Positions 10,561 through 23,400 of a stretch of DNA of 64,000 bases are shown here, in pieces. Numbering within the stretch: position 1 is the first letter of the stretch; the number at the start of each line of letters is the position of its first letter. A program made the position numbers and the translations under genes. This stretch comes from Raillietiella orientalis (taxonomy: Eukaryota): contig JAYWIR010000050.1 in NCBI GenBank assembly GCA_036172245.1, positions 1,116,001 through 1,180,000 of the forward strand, given 5' to 3'. Under the pieces are notes generated by a model that did no database searches, was not told where the DNA came from, and saw only the letters and a program-made list of their open reading frames with translations.

Positions 10561-12050
10561 GAAATCCTTCTAGGGTTCTTTCCTGTCTTTGCAGTTTTCC
10601 TTTCAGCTTTTTTTTTGGTTCGCCAAGTCCCTGAAGAACCGTCATGACCGTAGCGGCAGCTCACGCAGCTCTTTGACACTGTTACACGCCACCCGAGGTT
10701 GCGTGTCATTCTTCAAGATAGGAGGTATTCCGGGAAGGGACCACCCTATGAATCCAGGAAGGGCTCCGGAGGATGAGTCCGTTCCTCTCGTGCCTGGGGA
10801 GGGAGCTCCGAAAAGAGCCACCTCTTTATTTTCTCCGGAGGGAATCCACGAAAAAGGATCCGCTCCCAAATTTCTCTCCCAGAGGGAACCCACAAAAAAA
10901 ACGCTCCCTCTTTCCTCTTATGAAAAAAACCCCAAAGAGACGCTTCCGAATTTTCCCTGAAATGTCCGCCCCCCGGAAGAAGCGGCGCATTTCTTGACAC
11001 TCTGTGGAGAGGCGTCATCAATCCACAACTCCATTCGACAAGACGGAGGGTCCATCCACGAGAGGGGAGGGAACGTATTCTGAGAGGGAACGTTGAAGGG
11101 ACTTCTTGATTCTGTTTCCAGGAAGGACCCCGAAGGGTCGACTCCCAATCTCGGCTACTCATCGAGAGCAGCCGATTTTTGCCAGCTCCCACCGGTGCCG
11201 CACCCGAATGGAGGCCGACCAGCGTCATCTCGGGGGAGGAACTCGAACCCAGGCGCATCCACTCAGTTCCCTGATGTCGGTTCTTACCGAGTATTCGAAC
11301 CCGCGGCGCATCGTGACACTAACAGAGACCTCAGCAGCCATACGGCCTTCGACGCGGGCCAAGTGGTCACGGTCTCCACGCGTGGAAAACGTTCCAAAAC
11401 TGCCTCGTAGCTTTCGGAGGAAGGCTGGTGAGCCAGGGGGATTTCCGAAGAGCACCTCGTACCTCTCCTTGGATTCAGCAAGCTCGGCTAATTCAAAAAA
11501 GAGCGGAACCACTGCTGGACCTTTTCTGCTCTTGTTCCCTTGCAAGCGCCTCCTCGTTCTGTGGGAGCGGTTTCAGATGGCGAAGGCGATGGACGCTCTG
11601 GTGATCGCAGTCGACCCACACAGTGCACTCGAGACTGACTGAACCAAGAAGTTCTCCTGGTAGTCCAGGAAGGATGGGACCTCCCGTTCACGTTGCTGAG
11701 ATACGTGGGTCCTCTTCAGAGCTATGCACCAAGCAGTATCCTCTGTGGAGATCGCCACGTATTCAAAGTGCCAGGAAGGAAGGGCACAGTCTCAGACCCA
11801 GCATCAGTCTGAATCCGTCGAGTTGGTGCTGGACACGCGGGAAAAACCATGGCGACGATACCAGGTTCGCGCCCCTACACGCCTACCGCGGAGGCACATG
11901 CCCACGGCTCACTTCTCCTGTTGCTTCCTTTCGCACACTTACCATGAAAACGCACTACAGCATCCTTCGTCACTGTCCACTCCGGAAGCGCGATGGAAGC
12001 GCTTTTTGAGTTGCTCCGTAAAGGAGCAAAGGTAACACGTCAGAAAAGAC
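10561..12050 (-). mobile_element. Degraded GC-rich, probably ORF1-like segment joined to element F
   Basis: Basic tail KKKAERKTAKTGKNPRR immediately before the junction with F. A PHD-like remnant RFHGKC-x11-WAC lies at about 11895-11955. There are many stops. Confidence 0.4.
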
Positions 12051-12918
12051 CGTTGGTCATGCTGATACTAGATTCGTTACATCAGGTTCAAACCAGCTAA
12101 GTGGTCCCTGCTGGAAGGGCTCTCATTCATCTCTCCGTGAGCGGCTCCCATCCGGCACGTGTTTAAAGCTAAAAATGGTGGGAAGGAGAGAAGGCCACAC
12201 CCGTTCGTGGACAAGATTCCTCCTCTTGTTTGAGCGAGCTTTAACCTTTGTCTCTCCCTTCCCTTGGACTCCCTCTTTCTATTCCTCACGCCTTTCCCGG
12301 AGAAACGAGTGGTTAATAATCTTCTAAAGGGAAGTCTTGTAGGGAGAAGGGGGACAAAGGATCTTCTGAAAATAGATGGCGGCTCCACGTGGGAAGCTGG
12401 ACTATAAATGTGAACGCTGTGTCCATCAGAGAGGCAGGTGCGGTTCCGTTTGAGCCCAGTGGCGCAGTGCAGAAACGAGCATTGGTGCCTTCCAGTGCAC
12501 ACATCCTTAGGCATTCGGCAGACGAATAGGAAGTGGAGCCCTATTTCCTCGTAGCTACCGTATAAGTGTAAGCCCCTGTGGAGAGACGAGGGACCAGAAA
12601 AAGTTAGTCTCCACATTTATTTTACACGCTTGGTTGCCGATATTCCCGTTGGTGGTGGGTTTCTTCCATCCGATAACTCATCTGAAAATTCCAGTACCTC
12701 TCCTGGGAGCGTCGTATGATGCAGCATGCCGTTTCCTCTTCTAACGTCCTTGGCATGTCTCCATTTTATTTTGAGTCTCTATAAGACATTTTCGTTCCCT
12801 GAGTCTCACGCAACGAAGTCTCGTACAGCAATGGATTGTACCCCCATCTGAGTGCTCTTATCCTCTCCTTGAGGTCTTCTGGAGCATCTCCACTACTCTT
12901 AAAAAGTCCAGCTATGTA

Positions 12919-13450
12919 TCACTCGTTTTTCTTGGAAGACAAGATCCTGTCGAATGCTGGAATCTGTCTTAGTAATCTTCTGCCATGTTTTGATACCTGT
13001 AAAGTTTGATACGTCATAGAGGTAATGGTTGATGACTTGGGAATTGAATGTGCAGTGATTGACAGTGTTATGGAGCGGTTCTTGCACACGAGGTCAAATT
13101 CATTTCTGATGGGTGTGTGGCTCGTACTAATGTTGTCTTTACTCAAATCGGATAAATGAAGTGGTAGTCCCTGAACCTCATTGGTCCCGTATTTGGCTTT
13201 GTAATTGGCATCTTCTGTTATGGATATGGAGAGCTCCACAATTCCTCTCTCGTTCAGGGTTCCAAACAACAGTTTATGGGGAACCGATCCCAAGGCATTG
13301 TCCAGGTCAAAAAAAGCTATGCGAATTTCCTTTGATCTTCACTTAGTTTCATATAACATGATATGAAGAATGAAGTTTTGTTGAAAACCATGCTGGAATG
13401 GAGAAAGTTCCCCTACTGTGGAGAAATAATTCCATTATCCTCAATCCATC
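12919..13450 (-). mobile_element. Degenerate reverse transcriptase remnant from a different non-LTR family
   Basis: In-frame IAFFDLDNALGSVPHKLL...L.ERGI (about 13240-13320) resembles the RT motif DLxNAFGSVPH. Confidence 0.55.
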
Positions 13451-15015
13451 CCTTAACCTGCGGAAAAGCGTTTCTCATATAAGCGGTATATGCATTCTAA
13501 ATTGAAATCGAAATTCATTTGGCTACTTCAGACTCAAGGAAACACAAAAGTGGTTTTCCATTGTTTTCATCCTTCAAGTATCTTAGCTTCCAGCATCTCG
13601 CAGCGCTGTCTTTCCTGAAGGAAAAGCATCCTAGCTGCCAGCAGGATGGAATTACTCCTGAAAGATTGCACTAGAGACCAGATAGTTGGGGAAACCACCT
13701 TACGAATGCATCTATACCGAATTTGAGTGCTCTAGACATAAAACGCCGGACTTTTAGAGCTTCCAGTCAGAATCGAGATGGGTTTCCGAATCGGCCTGGA
13801 AAGCTTTGTGCTATCTCTGGCACTCCAGAATATTGGGATGCTGATTTTTCACTTGAAGTTCCTGTGAAACGAGCAAAGTTATTGATGTAACCGAACGAGT
13901 TCCTCCCCGATCTGTATATATGGTGCTGGTGGATCGAAGCTATCCCTTATGCCTTGCTTTAGTGTGCTACTCTTCTTTTGGGATGGGGAAAGCTTGTTGC
14001 AGACCTATTGCATCCGACCGACATCTCCTTGGAGCTTCTGAGGCATTTGTTACCTCTCTAAAGGCTCTCCATGGTAATGGCAGTTGCGATGCTGTGCTAC
14101 GTTCTCGGCATCGTGGTAGCAATCTGCAAGACAAATACGGAAAACATGGAGACCATGCTTCTGTAATGGTTTCGTCGAACCATCAAGTGAGTAGCCCTTT
14201 GCAGTGAAGAGCAGGCAATACGTCTCTGGCATGGCGGCACGCCTCAGGAACGGAAAGACTGGTTCCACACATCCTCCCCTCCCCCCCCTTTTTTTTTTGA
14301 TTTCCACACCAATAATGCATTTTTTTATTTACTTATTGTGCTTCCCTTTTGTAAGTTAGCCTTATTCTCAAGCAGACTTGTGAGTGGAGTTGTCCTCGCA
14401 GTCCTTTTGTGTAGCCTCACGCGCTTTGAAGTTAATGAAAGTCTCACAGGCAGGGGACAGGACACTGCACAAAGCTGTTCTGTACGATACATGTCTTGTA
14501 AGTTTCCGCGCTGTATACGATAGAGAAAAAATGGTAAAATACTCAATCCTACGTATTTTTCCTTCCTTTCATTTATTGGTGTTCGGTACCAGGCATGAGA
14601 AAAAGTTGCCGAGCTCGCCAGCCAGACATCGGGACAGACGGATGGCTTAAACACTGTGCTGCAGATGGAAACGTGCACATGGGGTGCCCGAGAGCGTTTG
14701 CATCCATAAAAGAATGGAATAGGCTCGTAGGCAGTGCAGTCGAAGAGGCAAAACGAAGTACACCGTTTGTGTTTCGTCTCGGCGTGTTCGGAGGTGTTGC
14801 CGACTGCTGTCCGCCGTGGGGATGTCAGAGACTCTTCCACCCATCCGAGCGTTGGCGCAAGAGTTGCAGAAAGACCGAGGTCTGCCGCCACGCCCGTGCT
14901 TGGCTCCGACCCGGATCTCATGCGTGGGGACCTCATGAGAAGTGTGCAAAGTTCTCATTTCTGCTGCGTTCTCATGTCATAAGCCCCGACGTCGTGTTCA
15001 CCCCCTCTGCAGAAG

Positions 15016-17902
15016 ATGGGAATTTACGGAGGACTCCCCGATGCACCCAACTCACTGTGTTTTGAGCACGAGGACTTTTTAAAGGTACTTCAGTACACGT
15101 GGATTTTTAATTTATGCAAATCATGGATTAGGAAGATTTCAGCATCAACCATTTCATTTCAAAGCATAGTCAACATGCTACATTGGAAGTCCTGAAAAAT
15201 GACCTAATGGTTTATTCAAAAACACTACATTCTAGCATTCTCAGTGTTATTGATGAAGATTACATCAGCTTTGTTAAACTATCGAATAATTTGGTAGGAA
15301 TTAGTCGAATTATTGATCAGGTGTTTAATGATTTCCTTGCTGCACATCAAGAGATTTCTGTAAGTTTGAATTTTTACAATTTAGTATGGTTGTTATTTCC
15401 ACAATTGTTAAAATCCTAACTGAATGAATATTCCGCAAAGACAAATAATTGAAATTGTCTAAAGAAAATATAATAATAATTATGACTATTCTTGCCCTTA
15501 TGTTTTATGTGAAGAACGTGACTGAAATGATTGATACAAACAAAAGTCAAATGATGGAAAAATTAGATAAGTATGCCTCTGTCAGAAGAAATGAAATGGT
15601 TCTAGTTGCTTTACAAGAAACAATTAAAACTAATAAAACACTCACCGCATTAATTAAGGAATGCCATGATGGAACTATGAACATAGTCAGTGGTTTAGTT
15701 CCTGGTGCTTTGATTGGAAGGATGGCATGGCTTCTTGCATGCACACAACATAAATTGTACAAATTAAAGTGTGATCCATTTCTTCAGCAGCAGTGGGAAG
15801 CTATGATTCCAGTTAGTCAAACTGGTACAAACAAATATACGTGATCACCAACACTTTTATTTCAGAAAATTAAAGACACCAAAGGCTGTATCTTGAAAAT
15901 TTTGGAAAATCAATTCTTTCTTGCTTTGTCACAAGAAAAAATCGACATGTTGAAAGTGTGTATGCAAGCCTATCGCTTGCTAGAAATGGAAGATGAATTA
16001 AAAAAGGCATTTAGGCAGCATTTTGTGCTTCCATTCTTGAGTAAAATGATGCAAAACTCCGTAATGCCATGGGATGTACAAGCACTGCAATGGTTGTACG
16101 AAGAAGTGCTTGGCTTCGTTTCTGTACATTATCAGTGCCTTAAACAGGCTGTAAATACAATGGACAGGTAAAAAGGATGTTCGAAATTTTCCTGTTGTGA
16201 TTTATTTCTTCAGGATAAATAATTTTAATCTTCACTTTATATTTCAAACAGTGTTATCAGAGTTAGCAATCAGTTTGGAAAGCCATATGCCTCTGGTGTT
16301 CAGCTCAGGAAATCCACTCAACTTTCATCAGGTGGGTGGCAGCTGCAGTTATTGTGAATTAATGTCTGTTCAGAATTATACAGCTAGCATAAGCTTTCTA
16401 GAAAAGATGGTAAAGAGATACTGCACATGTCCAGACAATAATTGCAGCATATGCCAGAAGACGCTTTTAAAAGAATTCCTATCTAGATGGAATGTGACCA
16501 TTTATTTTCAAATTAAGTGAGACAAACATTTGACATCTTACAAATATGTTACCGCCAAAAACTATGCCAACTTGTTTTCCATTCTGTTAGTGCTCGTGAT
16601 CATAGCAATTTTCATCGCATGGGATAGATTCAAAAACTTGAGCTTAGTTTCTGCATCATGCCTACTTACAGCATTCTTTTAGAGAAACTGTTATCCAGTA
16701 CAATGAATTTTAATTATAATACATTCCCTAGGTTTTGTGAAATTGCTGGAATGTTGGAAACTTCACTGATGGAAAACCCTGAGTTTGAAGTGGAATGTAA
16801 AGAAATGTTTTGTTTGACTGCAACCCATGTGTTATGGAAATGTTTGCATTTGTGTTGGGATCCTGCTAGCTTCCTAATGTCACTAGCAGCAAAATTCCTT
16901 CAGCTTTCTTTGCAGCTTGTATCACGTTACAACTACTGGATACAGCAAATGGTGGTAAGTAGTTGCACAATAATTAGGTGTATGAATTATTGTACTTGTT
17001 CAGTCATTAGTGGAGGGCAAAAAAATTCCAGTTTCTTATGATCTTTCAAAGGTAATGAAAACAGTGAGAAACATTATATAATTTCTGGCAGTTGGTGAAT
17101 ATGCATCAAGATGTACATTCTTTGCAAAAACAATTTCCAGATTTTGTGAAAAAAAACATTGCACCTCACTTTGAGAAACTTGAAGATGCAACACATCTGT
17201 TCAGTGGTAAGTCCGAACATGTACAGTGTTCTCAGTTGGTAGCAGAATGCACAGCCTGTGTAGAGAAATCTTGGATTCAGCTCTTGTCTTCTTTGGACAA
17301 TGTTGTTGTGATAGCTATATCCCAAAGCTGCAACAGTCACCTGCAAGCTGTAACTGATATTCCCAGATTATATCACCGTACAAACCGGACATCTCCAGTT
17401 TTACCATCTCCATATGTTGACCAACTGTTATTGTCAATTGGCCAGTTTTTGAATTTTCAAAATTGTCCTGCTGAGAAAACAGTACTCAAAACATGGATGA
17501 CAACTGTGTTTCAAGACATTGCACATAAGTAAACATTTTTGTTAGTTGCGAGTAATTTTTTTATTGTTTATTTATGCAGATATGCATCTGTTACTATGGA
17601 TGTGTTGCATTCTGTACAGAAAATGGAGGAGAGTCTAAAGAGACTAAAGAAGGCTCATACCAGAGTTTCATCTGCGGCAACAAAAAACCAGCTACTCTCT
17701 GATGAAACTAAGATTCGCCAACAATTGTGCCTGGATATTGAACATTTTTTGAAGCAGGTAAAAAGTATAAAAGCAGTGGAATACTTTGATTGACATTAGC
17801 ATTGGATAGGCTGTGCCAATTTTATCATCAGTGGGTCTGGAAGAACACCTTCTTGCCGAATTGTCTAGCATGTTGGATGAAATATCAAAATCTATTCCAT
17901 AA
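15016..17902 (+). CDS. COG2: Conserved oligomeric Golgi complex subunit 2 (multi-exon)
   Basis: N-terminus ...PNSLCFEHEDFLK|EDFSINHFIS...IDEDYISFVKLSNNLVG; internal FSSGNP, RWNVTIYFQI, DIPRLYHRTNR; C-terminal DVLHSVQKMEESLKRLKK...SDETKIRQQL. GT-AG introns join the frames. Confidence 0.93.
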
Positions 17903-17931
17903 AACATCGTCTATATTAAGTTATCATTTCC

Positions 17932-18363
17932 TTATACTTTATAGCCTAACTCTCGTTCCAACTGTTCTAATTTGAGGGTTCCTTGTATAGACATGCAGTT
18001 TGGGTTGAAAACAGAGTAGGCGCTTAATTCCTTCTCAGTTCTGTTATTTCCAGTACTGGCATACAAGGCATATAACGCAGACATAAGAAGAAATCCCGCT
18101 GTCAGCCCTAGTCTATATGCAGTTAGCATCAACAGCGCCCAAAATAACCACTTTAACATAAAATGCGTCCAACATAATGGCTTTTCATATGAAATAAGAG
18201 ATTCACACAACCTGTCCATTTGCCTGCTAAGCCACTAAAACATAGTAAGGTACACTCCCAAATAAAAACTGATTGCAGTTCTTACCCGCCTGTTTGTGTT
18301 ACGATAAGACCCATCCCGTTTCTTTCGGTAAAGTTCAAGTTTTTCCTTTACACATTTATTCAT
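17932..18363 (-). CDS. SAYSD1: SAYSvFN motif domain-containing protein (2 exons; intron 18235-18285)
   Basis: ELSAYSVFNPNCMSIQGTL.LEQLEREL follows a hydrophobic segment. The upstream exon MNKCVKEKLELYRKKR splices in frame. Confidence 0.93.
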
Positions 18364-20465
18364 AATATTTCAAGTCCAAATAATAATGCATTGAAATTAT
18401 AAAAAATATAAACTATTATTCACGATTTATGAGTGACGGCTGAAAAACTTGAGCAGCACCACTAAAGTGTTGACATTTTATAGGACAAGGCAGGATTACC
18501 AGCGTTGACCTTCGGATTGCAGGTGAAAATCATAAGGGATTGCGAGAAATTTTAAAAAAGAGTTTGTCTTTTTTGATTATATGAAAGCAAAGAGACGAAT
18601 TCGGCACAAGTGCAACAAAGCAATCATGTGAAAATGAAGCGCAATGGCATACTTAGTTGGGGATATGCATCAGGAGATTCTGTGTTGATAATGGATCTCA
18701 CAAAAATTATTCAAACAAATTAATTTTCCATCCAAGAGGAAATCGATTTTGATATGCCAACAAAATAGCTCAATTTTGTAATCCCAAAGTAATCTTTAAA
18801 TAAATTTGAAATTCATGGTATGAAATCTTTTTTCAGTTTACTTCGGTGATATTTTCCTCAAGTGCATACAAATATGTAATCTTGGAGAAATGATAAATAT
18901 CAAATTTTAGCATCTGGACGAAGCACGTTTTTGATGTATACAGGTAGCGATTTCGTAAGGACTTGTATGTGTTACAAGATGAATCCTTGACATGTCGAAC
19001 GACTGAGTGTAAACGCTAATTTATTTAACGCGATCAAAGTATCATATCGTATCCGTTATGCGCGGTATAATCCAAAGGTTTACAACTCCGTTGTTTTTGT
19101 TTTTTGGCAACCAATCTTTGAAGATGAAAACGTGAACCAAGCATACATTTTTCTCAACATCCCTTTATAGTATTTCAGCTTGCAACTTTCCCGAGACTAT
19201 TTTGAATTCTGAGAATCTGTGTCGGTGTATACTAATAATTCTAGAAAACAAAAGAAGCTCTACAGAAATTGGAATTTTGTTTCAAGATATTTCCCCTCTT
19301 AGGGGATTTCACTTCGAAACAATGCTGTAGTAAACCTACGAAAAACATTTTGCTCAGATATCCATAGTTTAAAACCTATGGATTGGAAGTAAAGAAATTA
19401 TCTATTATTCCAAATCTTGTGCTTAATGAAGCATTCTGTTGTACCAATAAAAACTTCTGTAAAGAGTCACTACTAAGAGTTTTAACCGGGTAAAACGTAA
19501 TGAAGATTCATATAGGATTTTCTCTCAAAAAATTGGGGTACTGTAAGATGCAGGAAAATCCGGCCCCAGACGTCTCATCAATAAGATGAAATTACCAGAT
19601 CCAAGTTCATTGGGTGAATATAAAATGAAATAAGCAACCGAATTCTGTGTGAGAAAGCAAGAATAAACTACAAAATAGTGACTCGGTAGAAAGAAAAACA
19701 CTTTAAAAAAGGGTGTTAGCTTATAAAAAAGAAAATAAGTCATTTTTCAATATTTCATAAAAGAGTCGTTAGTCGGTTACATCTGTTAATTCAGCTCACT
19801 AAAGTACAGAATTTGCTGAATATTCTCAACAACTTCGAATTCTCACAGCCAATTCATTGTTGAAACAGAGATCATTTTGTTCAGCACTCACCCGTTGTGC
19901 ACCCCAGAGATTGGCATTCGTACTGTTTCGGCAGTCAAAACGACCAAACTTTTTGCTGGTGATTGGATGTCTTGAAAAACCTTAAAAAGCAGCACTAGTA
20001 GTAGGCAGTAGGTTTTCAATTGGTAATTTTTCACATATCATTGCATTTACATCTATTCACGTCAAGTAAGTAATTTCTGACACTTAGGAATGTTGCATAG
20101 GCGAAAGCCATTAGTTTGCTTGAGATACCTTTGAATTTTCAAGTAATCATATGTTTTAACTTGATAAAGCTCCACGGCATAACGGAGTGCTCGCCGAATT
20201 TGTCTTTCGCCACAAAAAAAAGAATCGAACGTCTTTTTAAAAAAAAAATTATTTTAATAATGCAGAGGCATTTGTCAAAAAAATGACCATAATGAAAACT
20301 CTGATGACCCTAATGAAAGCTTTGCTTCTGAGATCACCATTGCAGCAGTATTCTTTCAGCAGTATTAGCAGTAGGATGACCATATGTCTTCAGCTCTATG
20401 CAGAAAATGCTAATGACGTAGCACTAAATTCTCAGTTTTTTCCACTGTTGTTGCTGACTAAACAT

Positions 20466-23400
20466 TCATGCATTATCGTCCATGCCCTAAACAATGAATA
20501 TGTGAAAAGATAACTGGATATGGGAAAGGCAAATCTTACTGTGGAAACAGAATCAAATTCATTCTGTGGAAGTTGTAAGCTCAGATGAACAGCTCTTTGT
20601 TGTAAGTAGCGAACGAGACGGCAGCCTGCTTTGTACTCTGGAGTCTCTTCACGATTGTACAGGCAACAATTTTGAAAAATCAGAAGAGCATCGGCCATAA
20701 ATTCTCCATCTGTAGCATATTGCATAGAATTGAGTTTGCCTTTCATGGTGCCTAGATCCATAGGTCGTTTAATGATGTCATGATAATCAGGAGCCTCTTT
20801 ACGAGTGACAGCACGTAGAAAAGGCCAGCTGTCTGGATGGCGTGCTAAGTCACATAATAGGGTATCAAGAGCAGCAAAGTGAAGAGGAAGCTCATTCTGT
20901 TCAGCTAAACGACGTGCACTAAGTGAACGTTTGGTGCGATACCGGAAATATCCTTCACATTCTGTCTCACTTCCTGAAAGGGATGGATTGCAATGCAGTT
21001 TCATAACCAACATACCATCAGGTTCAACAAAATCATAGCTTCGCAACCGTTTGGTAACACGTGAAATACGTTCAATTGCATCACTAGCAGATTTCCGTTT
21101 TCCCAACTCTTCACTTTCCTCCTCTTTTCTGGATATTTGGGAAGACCCATTTGCCAGTTGAATTTTCCCACAAGAAACATGACTTAGTGGCTGACATAAA
21201 GGGCATGACCATGTTCCTCGAGGTACTTTTTTCAATGGAGGATCCAAGCATTCCAGATGAAACAAAGCAGGACAAGTATCACAGCATAGTAGCATTCCAG
21301 GGTCACCACATTCAGTGCATACTTCAACAGAAGAGCCATCCTCACTAAGGAGAAATATTGTCATATGGTTTTGCTCAAATATGATCTCACCTTTCTATTT
21401 TGCAAGCAGCACCGGACATTTGCGAATTTTCTTTCTCCAGATCATCACTGATTTCTTCATTTTCCATTTCTTCTGCTTCTTCTTCACCATCTTCCTCTTG
21501 TTCGTCTTCTTGTTCTTCAACTAGTTCGTCTTCCTCTTGTTCGTCATTTTCATCTTCTCTTTCCTCAAATATTCTCCTCTGTTTACGAGAACTTCGGGGA
21601 ATTTCTTTAGGTTTGCAATTATCACAAAACCAATCTCCCTCGGGTATTTTCTGTAAAAACTGAATGACATGGCATGATTGCCAATTTTACCTTGAGTTTT
21701 GGTTTCAAACAATAAATGTGATGGCCTTTGTCACAACCATCACACAGTAGCATCTTATCTTCTTCCCCTTTGCGCCTGCAGATACGACAGCGTGCTTTAA
21801 GCACTGATCTGGACCACATAATGCTGCTATCTAGTGTAGATAAATGTAAAAATACTTGAGAAAAAGATGAACTAAGTTTGAGTGAATGGGCCCATCGTTC
21901 CAGAGTGGTCTGATTGCCTCCAGCTTGCTCTTCTAGAATTTCACAAGTAACAATTTCAATTCATTTTAAACATGCCTTCATCTTCTTCCTCAAGTTTCTT
22001 TTTCTTGAATTTATCATCACCAGCTATAGGTAATGTGAGATACTTAGGCTCTACTCCCTGAGCCAGCTGAAGAACTGCTCCAGCCAGCCTGTATACTGCC
22101 CACCTTTCAGCTGCAGCTTGAACGCTTTTGTCATCTGCATTCTGATCCATAATTTGATTTGAAACTTTAATATCTAAAAGAACTTCCAAATAACGGAAAC
22201 AAAGTTACAAACTCACCTGGGTCTTCACCAGCAAAAGTTTGGCCCAAATGATTAGCTAGCTGAATCTTCAATTCAATAGTAAGGAAATCTGAGAACAATA
22301 AATATGCTTACCATGAGTTCTTTGGGATCTGAAGAATGAGACCAGACTTCTCCTTGACCTTCCAGAGCTTGCCTCCATATCTGCCTATCCACAGCCTAAG
22401 AAATATCTATCAGAAAAAAATATGCCCATTGTAATTTACTTGCCTTCAGAGTACCCAATCCTCCTAAATGAATTTTATCTTCCATCTCCAAAATGAAATC
22501 TCTTAAGCTAAGCTCCAGAGAAGCCAACACTCCAACACTGCTGTTGATGCTAGGTTGCATGCTATTTCTTTTCTCTTTCTGTCTTTCGGATTTACGCTGT
22601 TCCAAAACATTGGGAGGAGGTGTTTGGGTTTGGTCCAGTTTATGCACTTGGCAACGTGATAGAACATTCAAAATCATGACTTGATCACTTTGCAAAGTTT
22701 CACGCAACTCTCGTTCTCGAATTCCTCGCGGATTCAGGCTATCCACAAGTTCCTGGAAAACTTCTGCGTTTGCATAAAATGACCACTTGGTTCTTAAAGG
22801 AGAGGGAGAATGTATGGGGCAATTGTTTCTATCTGAGAGACATCGATCAAAAGTTGTTGAGGGTGATGATTGTGGAAATTCACTGCAATCCCCATTGGCT
22901 ATTGAACTTGTTGCACCAGGAAGAGGAAGCACAAGCTGCACGTTATTTCCGGACTGAAAATGCTGTTCCACATGATTCTGGATAGTCCGAAACACTTTTT
23001 CAGAAGTCAGTGGACAAGAATCTGGATTGTACGGGGTGGGTTTGGGTAGACAAGGGCCAACAAATTCATCATTGTCCTCAACAAATAACCCTGGTATGGA
23101 AGGAAAACACCAGAAACGTCTATATGCACGATCTCTGCCCAGAGGCAACAGCGCACAGCTGCTCTGAACAGAAAGAATTTGTTGATGCAAGTCCCACATA
23201 TGTCGACTGAACTCATTGCGATGACGAGATTCTTCTTTTTCCCGTTTTATACGCAAAACATCCAATTCTTCGGAGTTAATACATTCAGCATCTTCTTCCA
23301 TTTCCCGATATCTGCTGTCTTCCAAGATAACAAGTAGGCTAGGGCGGTACTTACTTTTCCTCTTTTTCTCTACGTTGTTCAGCCTGATGCAAGGCCTTGG

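Noticed and set aside
14325..15065. Overlapping 100-200 aa ORFs upstream of COG2
   Set aside because: No recognisable domain. Probably a GC-richer promoter or repeat region.
18480..19010. Possible small spliced gene divergent from SAYSD1 (exon-like pieces with AG/GT borders)
   Set aside because: I could not build an open frame with a start codon, and it contains in-frame stops.
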